From: Telmatocola sphagniphila
GTDB taxonomy: Bacteria > Planctomycetota > Planctomycetia > Gemmatales > Gemmataceae
Length of the DNA stretch: 32,000 bases
Direction of reading: 5' to 3'
Assembly (NCBI RefSeq): GCF_018398935.1
Contig: NZ_CP074694.1
Span: 690,001 to 722,000, forward strand
A program made the translations under genes and the position numbers. Every line of letters begins with the position of its first letter. Within the stretch, counting starts at the first letter, position 1. Positions 15,885 through 22,810 of this stretch are shown one piece after another. A model generated the notes under the pieces. It did not search any database and was not told where the DNA came from. It saw only the letters and a list, made by a program, of their open reading frames with translations.

Positions 15885-17394
15885 CTTTGGATTTTTCGAA
15901 GCCTGTAGCCAGATTCATGACCGCTTCTTCGCTGAACTGATCCCGTTCGAGTTCGCCGGTCAATCTGCCTTCATGCAGAACCAGAATGCGATCGCTCATT
16001 CCCAAAACTTCTTCCATGTCGGAAGAGATCATCAGAATGGCAATTCCCTGCTGCACCAGGTTATCGATGTTCTGATAGATTTCCTGGCGGGCTCCGACAT
16101 CCACACCTCGTGTGGGTTCATCCAGGATCAGCACTTTGGGATTTCGGGCCAGCCACTTGGCCAGCACGACCTTCTGCTGATTGCCACCCGACAAGAATCC
16201 GACCGGCTGAAATAAATTGGGGGTCTTCACACGCAACCGGGTCACGAACTCTTCATTCAAAGCTTGCTCGGCTTTAAACTTCAAAAAACCGAATGCGCTG
16301 AGACTCGGCAGACTGGGGAGACTGATATTGAAGCCGGAGCCTCTTTCCAGAATGAGTCCATGTTTGCGGCGATCCTCGGGAACGAGCAGCAAGCCCCGCT
16401 CAACGGAGTCGCTGGGATGGTGAGGCTGGAAGTTCTCGCTATCAATGGAAACTTCCCCGCCGATAATCGGGCGAATCCCGAATAAGGCTTCGGCCAACTC
16501 GGTACGGCCCGCACCCACCAGGCCGGCCATACCAGTAATTTCTCCAGCTCGCAACTTGAAAGAGACTGGCGTTTCCGGCCCGCCGCGATAAACGACATTC
16601 TTTAACTCGAGAATTGTCTCGCCCGGAAAGCGCTCGCTGCGGGGATGAATGTTTTTCAGATCGCGGCCGACCATATACTTGATGATCGTATCGTGACTGA
16701 TGTTCTCCCGGGCAATTTCCCCGGCATTTTTGCCATCCCGCAGAACGACGACCCGATCGGCACACCGCTTCACTTCGGCCAACCGGTGCGAAATATAGAT
16801 GATGGTGACGCCCGCATCTTTGAGGTCGTCGATCACCGTATAAAGCGTGTCGGTTTCTTTCTGGGTGAGACTCGAAGTCGGCTCATCCATGATGATGATG
16901 CGGGCATCGAAGGAGAGGGCTCGGGCAATCTCGACCAGTTGCTTCTGCCCGGGCGCCAGAGTTGAGACCGTCTGGTTTACGATACTCTCGTCGAGGCCCA
17001 CGCGTTTGAGCAGTTTTCGCGACGCATCTCGCATCGCCGACTGATTCAGCCAGATGCCTCCCCGACGAATTTCCCGACCCAAGAACAGGTTGGAAGCCAC
17101 GCTGAGGTTTTCCGCCAGATTCAATTCCTGGTGGATCAGGCTAACACCGGCCTTCAAAGCGTCGTTCACATTGTTGATGATCTTCAGTTGACCATCGACG
17201 TAGATATCGCCTTCATCGACGCTATATACCCCGGCCAGGATTTTCATCAAAGTCGATTTGCCGGCACCATTTTCTCCCACCAGAGCCAGGACTTCACCGG
17301 GATAAACCTTCAGTGAGACATTGTCGAGTGCCAGGACGCCAGGGAACTCCTTGCGTACTTCACGAACTTCCAGAATCGGAGAGAGAGAATTCAT
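15874..17394 (-). CDS. Sugar (CUT2 / ribose-type) ABC transporter ATP-binding protein with duplicated ABC domains
   Basis: 506 aa. Walker A 'GENGAGKSTLMKILAG', Walker B 'IIIMDEPTS', a second-domain signature 'LSGGNQQKVVLAKWL' and 'LILDEPTRGVD' give the RbsA/MglA-type tandem architecture. Confidence 0.9.
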   Translation of the reverse strand: MNSLSPILEVREVRKEFPGVLALDNVSLKVYPGEVLALVGENGAGKSTLMKILAGVYSVDEGDIYVDGQLKIINNVNDALKAGVSLIHQELNLAENLSVASNLFLGREIRRGGIWLNQSAMRDASRKLLKRVGLDESIVNQTVSTLAPGQKQLVEIARALSFDARIIIMDEPTSSLTQKETDTLYTVIDDLKDAGVTIIYISHRLAEVKRCADRVVVLRDGKNAGEIARENISHDTIIKYMVGRDLKNIHPRSERFPGETILELKNVVYRGGPETPVSFKLRAGEITGMAGLVGAGRTELAEALFGIRPIIGGEVSIDSENFQPHHPSDSVERGLLLVPEDRRKHGLILERGSGFNISLPSLPSLSAFGFLKFKAEQALNEEFVTRLRVKTPNLFQPVGFLSGGNQQKVVLAKWLARNPKVLILDEPTRGVDVGARQEIYQNIDNLVQQGIAILMISSDMEEVLGMSDRILVLHEGRLTGELERDQFSEEAVMNLATGFEKSKVGY

Positions 17395-17538
17395 CCCGAC
17401 AGGTTAACCGAAATAGACGGGAGCGGCAAAAAGGAAATCCGCCATTTCACTATTCGATTTCGACAAACGCTTCGTTTTGAGCGATCCACTTGCGAAGCTG
17501 GGGGAAATCTGCTGAAAGTAGCGTGCAGGAGGGGGAGA

Positions 17539-20500
17539 CTAATTGCTGGAGGGGCTTAACTTTTCCTCACCGTAGGGGGTGGGAAGCGTTTCCAGTGTGG
17601 CACCCGAATCGGAGTAATCGTCATTTTTTCGTCGAAAATCGGCGGGCTTCAAGGAGCTAAAGGCCTTTCCATTCTCCAGGGCGCTACCGAGGAATTTGAC
17701 CTTCCCGAAGGGGTGATCCTTTTCCCGAAACAGTTCCAGCCAGCGATCGGGATCGATCGGCATCGGCGTGAGAGCTTCCGGATTGTCACTGGTCCGCTCG
17801 ATCAGATTCTGGGTCGTTTTGTCGTAACCGTAAAAATTATCTTTGGAGCCGCGCCAGTTGAAAAGATCCTTCATGAGATTCTCGGTCTCCACATGTTCCA
17901 TCTTCACCAGCGGAGAAGTACTTCCGGAAGCGGGTATGAAAAGCGATTGCGTACCCAGAGCTTGGATCGGAACAATACCGCATCCTTTCATATCCAATTT
18001 TTTGGCCGCCGCGAGGATCTCAAAAAGCGGGCCGGTCAGGTAAGTGGTCGTTCGATGCAAATGGACTTGAGTCGAATTCACGCCGGTGACATCGAGCGTG
18101 GTGGGATTGATGTCAATCAGGCTGCCGTTGAGTGCAGCCAGTGTATCTTTCACATCGAGATCGAAGGATCGGCTCGACTTCACGCAAAGGAGTTTGCCTT
18201 TACCTCGGATCAGGGAGTTTTCGAATGTAATGCGAGGAATGGGCCATTTCTCCATGCTATCATTCATCATCATTTCATCGCGGGGATCTTCTAGCTGGAC
18301 TACGGACATGCCGTCCTGATCCTCGAAGGTCACCACGCAATTTTTGAAACTGCACAGTCCACCGCCGGGCAAGGAGACGATCGAGCGAGAAGAATCGTTC
18401 TGACCTTTTTCGTTGCGCAGACGGAATTGCAGATTTTCGAAATGGATTTCGCCGCCGGCGATCTTGAACAAAGCCTGTTCCCGCTTCCGACTGGTCAATT
18501 GAAGGATCGGTTTGCAGTTTTCATCCGGCCGAATGGTTAATTGAGAATTCGGTTTGTCGAGATCGACCGAGCGTTCGTCGTGAGTGCCATTCCAGTGCAG
18601 CAGAATTTCATCCCCCGGTTTCGCTTCCTCGATGGCGTTTCGAAGAGAGCGATATACACCCGCGGGTTGGGTTTCCGTTTCCGGGAGATCCGGTTGAACG
18701 ATTCGGGTGGAGGCCAGTTTGGCATCAAAAGGTTGTGGCAGGGGTGAATCGTAGAGGGCGCTGCCGAGCATGTTATCCAACCCGAAGACATTCTGAGGCG
18801 AGCCTGGAATGCGAAGGGCCGATCGTTTCAGCATCACCCGGAAAGCGGAATTCAGCCGGCTGCGAAGTGGCAATTGCGGATCGTAGAGTTTCTTCAAAGG
18901 ATCGCGCTGGTCCCACGGGAAACCGACCTGAACGGCTTTGCCATCGACGAACGGCAAATTTTGCTGAGCACATTCGGCAAAACCGAGATTCATGTCTTTC
19001 AGTTGCAAAATGGCGGTGTTATGGTAGGCATTGCCGTGAAAGCCGGATCCTCCATCCGACTCTTTCACATAGCCCATACGCGAATCTTTGGATAAATCTC
19101 CCAGTTGACGCACCAGAATACCCATGCTGGAAGAGGTTTCATCGCTGGAGCTGAAAATACTCTGGTCCGCGGAGAAGTGGAATGGCACCGAATCGTCCAC
19201 TTCCAGAAACGATCCCCCTTTCATCATTACGGAGGACATCTTCAATTGAATTTCAGTGGCCTTGCCCGGCCCGATGTCGCCAGAAAGTTTGAAGGCCGCG
19301 TCACTCGGGGCAAAGGCGCATTCTCGACAATGCACCTCAGTTGGACCGATCAACCGAATACCGATTTTCGATGGCCCGAAGTAGCATCGATCGAAGGAAA
19401 GAGTTGGAGGAAGATCGGCATCGCCGGGAAACTCAATTTGAGCAGTCGGTCCGCTGGTCATATCGACCAAACCGGATGAGGTAGTTACAAAGGCACAGCG
19501 ATCGGCTTGAAACGATTCGAGAAGCGGCATTTTCCAGGCCGAATTCACCGGTACGCCTTCCCCCGAAATCCACTCGATCTGCACGCCGCGAAGCTTGATT
19601 TTCTTGACGGTGTCAGCAATTTGCAGCGTGTGTGGCGAACCCATCCGCTCTTCCAGCGGCGTGGGGATTTTCATAATCAGCAGAGCGGGGCTGACTCCGT
19701 CACCGCCATCGAGGACCAGTTGCGATGCGCTGAATTTGAGCGGCTTCACCGGATCGTCCTTGCGGAGCGCCCGGCTAAGATCGTAAGTTTCTCCCGGCTT
19801 CAAAACAATCGAGCTGACGCCTTGTTCGATAAGCTTGCGAAGTTCCATTACATTCGAAGCGGTCTGCGGGCCCTCAGAATTGACGTTCGGCGCTGTGTTG
19901 CTAGGCTCCGAAGTGTCGGTACTGGAATTCGATTTTTTTTCTTTCTCGGAAACCCAGAAGGGGCCGCTGGCAATCGGTTCTTCTTTGTTGCGAAACCCGC
20001 CTAATATCCAAGTGAAAATGCCTAACAGCAAGCTCACGGCAATTACCAGGGCCGTGCGTGAAAAGCGGGGAGGTTCCGGCAGAATCGGTTCGTTATAGGT
20101 AAGGTCGCGCGGCAGAGTTTCCACTTTCGCCGAGGAAATGCCAATCTGTTCTTTCTGCGTAAGCAGATAAAGGTGCTGAATCAATTGATCTGGATGCTGA
20201 TAACGCTGATTGGCATCCTTGGCCATCATGCGAGCCAGGATCATCGTCAACTCTTCGGAGATCAGAGGATTCAACCGGCGGGGGTCAATCGGTTCGGTAT
20301 TCTGATGAAACTGTAATTTCTGAGTGGCCGTACCCTCCGGCACCGGAGGTCGTCCCGTAATGGCGTGATAAAAGGTGCAGCCCAGTGAGTAAATGTCGGA
20401 TCGAATGTCGGTCCGACGCGGGTCTATTGCCTGCTCCGGGGAAATATAATCGAAGGTCCCGAGTGTAATCCCGGACTGGGTTATTCCCCCATCGAAAGCC

Positions 20501-21153
20501 AGATTGTCCATGCTCCTGGCCAAGCCCATATCGACGATTTTTGCTTTACCCTCAGGCGTAATCAAGATGTTCGAGGGCTTGATATCCCGGTGAACGACGC
20601 CGCGAGAAGCCGCATGCGACAGACCGGCGGCCACCTGCATCATCAGTGGAACTGCCTCAGCGATTGAAAGGCGACCGCCCACCCGGCTCATGCGCTGACG
20701 GAGATTTTCGCCTTCGACGAACTCGAAAGCGATGAAATTGAGCCCCTGATCTTCACCAATGGAATACACCCGCGCGATGTTATCGTTGTCGAGCTTCGCG
20801 GCCGCCCGAGCTTCCTGACGAAAACGTTCCAGATGCTCGGAATCCTGGGCCATTTCCGGGGGCAGAATTTTGAGCGCGACAGTCCGGTGCAGGCTGGTAT
20901 CCAATGCGCGGACGACAGCGGCCATCCCCCCCGTACCAACGGTTTCAATTAACTGGTAAGGCCCTAGCTGACGGCTGGGGATGCGTTCGATGATCCGCTG
21001 GTCGAGGGTGATCTTATTTTGGCGGGAAGAGATGATTGTGGGAGCTTCATGAGCATCGACAGGAGAAGGCGACGCCTCGCTTCGCGACTTCTGAGCGGCA
21101 TCTGAATTCCGCTGCACGTTCGAATCGCCGGGATTAGTCGGTTGCGATGTCAA
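17539..21153 (-). CDS. Large membrane Ser/Thr protein kinase (1204 aa) with an ~800-aa extracytoplasmic region
   Basis: Kinase motifs are 'GTGGMAAVV', 'VALKIL', 'HRDIKPSNILI', 'DMGLAR' (DFG position reads DMG) and 'GTFDYISPEQ'. TM helix 'ALVIAVSLLLGIFTWILGGF'. The C-terminal region has recurring 'x-D/N-R/C-C-x-F' strand motifs. The start is non-ATG (TTG 21153 in the track) and its exact position is uncertain. Confidence 0.85.
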   Translation of the reverse strand: MTSQPTNPGDSNVQRNSDAAQKSRSEASPSPVDAHEAPTIISSRQNKITLDQRIIERIPSRQLGPYQLIETVGTGGMAAVVRALDTSLHRTVALKILPPEMAQDSEHLERFRQEARAAAKLDNDNIARVYSIGEDQGLNFIAFEFVEGENLRQRMSRVGGRLSIAEAVPLMMQVAAGLSHAASRGVVHRDIKPSNILITPEGKAKIVDMGLARSMDNLAFDGGITQSGITLGTFDYISPEQAIDPRRTDIRSDIYSLGCTFYHAITGRPPVPEGTATQKLQFHQNTEPIDPRRLNPLISEELTMILARMMAKDANQRYQHPDQLIQHLYLLTQKEQIGISSAKVETLPRDLTYNEPILPEPPRFSRTALVIAVSLLLGIFTWILGGFRNKEEPIASGPFWVSEKEKKSNSSTDTSEPSNTAPNVNSEGPQTASNVMELRKLIEQGVSSIVLKPGETYDLSRALRKDDPVKPLKFSASQLVLDGGDGVSPALLIMKIPTPLEERMGSPHTLQIADTVKKIKLRGVQIEWISGEGVPVNSAWKMPLLESFQADRCAFVTTSSGLVDMTSGPTAQIEFPGDADLPPTLSFDRCYFGPSKIGIRLIGPTEVHCRECAFAPSDAAFKLSGDIGPGKATEIQLKMSSVMMKGGSFLEVDDSVPFHFSADQSIFSSSDETSSSMGILVRQLGDLSKDSRMGYVKESDGGSGFHGNAYHNTAILQLKDMNLGFAECAQQNLPFVDGKAVQVGFPWDQRDPLKKLYDPQLPLRSRLNSAFRVMLKRSALRIPGSPQNVFGLDNMLGSALYDSPLPQPFDAKLASTRIVQPDLPETETQPAGVYRSLRNAIEEAKPGDEILLHWNGTHDERSVDLDKPNSQLTIRPDENCKPILQLTSRKREQALFKIAGGEIHFENLQFRLRNEKGQNDSSRSIVSLPGGGLCSFKNCVVTFEDQDGMSVVQLEDPRDEMMMNDSMEKWPIPRITFENSLIRGKGKLLCVKSSRSFDLDVKDTLAALNGSLIDINPTTLDVTGVNSTQVHLHRTTTYLTGPLFEILAAAKKLDMKGCGIVPIQALGTQSLFIPASGSTSPLVKMEHVETENLMKDLFNWRGSKDNFYGYDKTTQNLIERTSDNPEALTPMPIDPDRWLELFREKDHPFGKVKFLGSALENGKAFSSLKPADFRRKNDDYSDSGATLETLPTPYGEEKLSPSSN

Positions 21154-21556
21154 GTAGTTTGCTACTCGTTAGGTGACTGCAGGCAAGCGAAATTCGCAGC
21201 CTCATGCATTTCTTCAACTCTTGTTCTTCCAACAAGTATCGACGTACTGGAACGAAATATGCTGAGCTCTTGTTGGGACACATCGCGATCCCTGCGAATT
21301 CGGCCGATGTGGTTCCTCCTTGTCCCAATAGTATCCCGTATTGAAATGCGGCTGTCAAGGGTGTAGACGATTTCTGAAAATGCCGATTGTAAGGATTGTG
21401 CAAAGAAGTCCTTCAATCACTATAGAAAGCTCAACTGTGCTGGTCCGAAAAGCCTCTGATTTTCTGCAAGTTTTAGCGGCTCAATGCCTTCTTAGTCCAA
21501 TCCGTTCAGATTTCAATCGTGTATCATCATGAAGAAGACTCTCGAGGCTACTGAAT

Positions 21557-22345
21557 ATGAACGCAGTATTTGTCTACCTTGCGAGCCTATGCTTTCCTGT
21601 TTTTCAGGACAATTTAAACGGAAACTCCCTTCCCGCGTCTGCAGCACCGTATGGTTTTACCTGGCAGCCGGCCTATTCAATCGATAAACAGGCCCGTCCA
21701 CCGCTCAATGCTTATCAGCCGCAAGCCGGCGACATCATCCTTTACAGCGATACCAATTTCGTATGGACGTTGCTTTATTTGATTGCACGAACGCAGCCGG
21801 TTCCGGGACATGCAGGGCTTGTGGTAAAGATGCCTGACGGCGAGATGGGAATCTTGGAGGCGGGCTACAATGATAAGCCGATTACAAAAGTGACTCCGAT
21901 CACGAAACGATTTTACGAATACAAGGGAACCATCTGGATACGCAAACGCAAGTCTCCGATTGGAGAGACTGAGTCTAACGCTCTCACGCATTTCGCCTAT
22001 TCGGTTGCCGAACATCCCTATGCGATTGGTCGATTTGCCTTGCAGCTGACGCCTTTTCGGTCGCGGGGTTTGTTGCGAACCAATTATCTGGGCAAGCCAA
22101 AGGGGCTTCAAGGACGCTATATGTGTGCGGAAATTGTGCTGGAAGCCCTGGTCTATGCCGGTTTACTATCTGCGGAGTCAACGCGGCCCGCAGCCACCTA
22201 TCCCACCGATATGTTCTACGATAAGTCGCCAATCCCCTATATCAACAAAAATCTGAACTTATCCAGCATGGGCTGGGAAATTCCGGCGATGTGGACCGCT
22301 CAAAAAAGTGGTCCGGTCTGCGTGGAAGCCTTGAAGAAGAATTAG
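21557..22345 (+). CDS. Putative permuted papain-like (NlpC/P60 superfamily, YiiX/C92-like) amidase
   Basis: 'QAGDIILYSD...PGHAGLVV' (compare 'GDIIF...SHVGI') is followed ~110 aa later by 'RYMCAEIVLEALVYAGLL' (compare 'YCSELVxEA'). The His-before-Cys order fits the permuted family. The N-terminus is hydrophobic, a possible signal or anchor. Confidence 0.5.
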   Translation: MNAVFVYLASLCFPVFQDNLNGNSLPASAAPYGFTWQPAYSIDKQARPPLNAYQPQAGDIILYSDTNFVWTLLYLIARTQPVPGHAGLVVKMPDGEMGILEAGYNDKPITKVTPITKRFYEYKGTIWIRKRKSPIGETESNALTHFAYSVAEHPYAIGRFALQLTPFRSRGLLRTNYLGKPKGLQGRYMCAEIVLEALVYAGLLSAESTRPAATYPTDMFYDKSPIPYINKNLNLSSMGWEIPAMWTAQKSGPVCVEALKKN

Positions 22346-22653
22346 TTTTTCTTCAAAGTCGTTCCCTCTGTGTTGTAGGTTCCACCAGAATGGAACTGCT
22401 GTTTGCGATCGTGATTCCAACCCAGGAAAATGCGATGCATGAACTGCCCTTTGCCCACATAATCCCAGCCGAACGTTCCATCCGCTGGTTGGGCGGCTGG
22501 ATCGCCCTTAAACAGACGCCCTCCACCGATTAAACCCGCCCCCTGATCGCGCGATGCACTAGGACCGGTAATAGTACGGATTGGTGGACGTTCCTCCGCC
22601 GTCAGTAAACAGGGCGCGAATAGCACAATCCCGATAACTAATAGTCTCGACAT
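22342..22653 (-). CDS. Small secreted protein of unknown function (103 aa)
   Basis: ATG 22653 is preceded by AAGGGA. Signal peptide 'MSRLLVIGIVLFAPCLLTAEE'. The mature part is Gly-rich with 'GTFGWDYVGKGQFMHRIFLGWNHD'. I recognise no family. The track start at 22695 adds 14 polar residues. Confidence 0.5.
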   Translation of the reverse strand: MSRLLVIGIVLFAPCLLTAEERPPIRTITGPSASRDQGAGLIGGGRLFKGDPAAQPADGTFGWDYVGKGQFMHRIFLGWNHDRKQQFHSGGTYNTEGTTLKKN

Positions 22654-22810
22654 ATTTTCGTCCCTTGAAGTGGCTTCTTTGGGACGTTTCGACAAGCCGC
22701 ATTTTCCGGATTCAACCTAAACGAACTGGGAAGGCGGCCGAAAGGAGGGCGTGGGCAGAAACTATGTATAACTCGCAAAGCTTACTCGGCTTAACTGAAG
22801 TCCGCCGTTC

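Noticed and set aside
21529-21687. 52-aa Cys-containing small ORF (MKKTLEATEYERSICLPCEPMLSCFS...) overlapping the start of the C92-like gene in another frame
   Set aside because: It has no RBS, no recognisable motif and no signal peptide. It overlaps a longer ORF whose downstream part has family motifs. There is not enough evidence for a real small protein or a frameshifted N-terminus.
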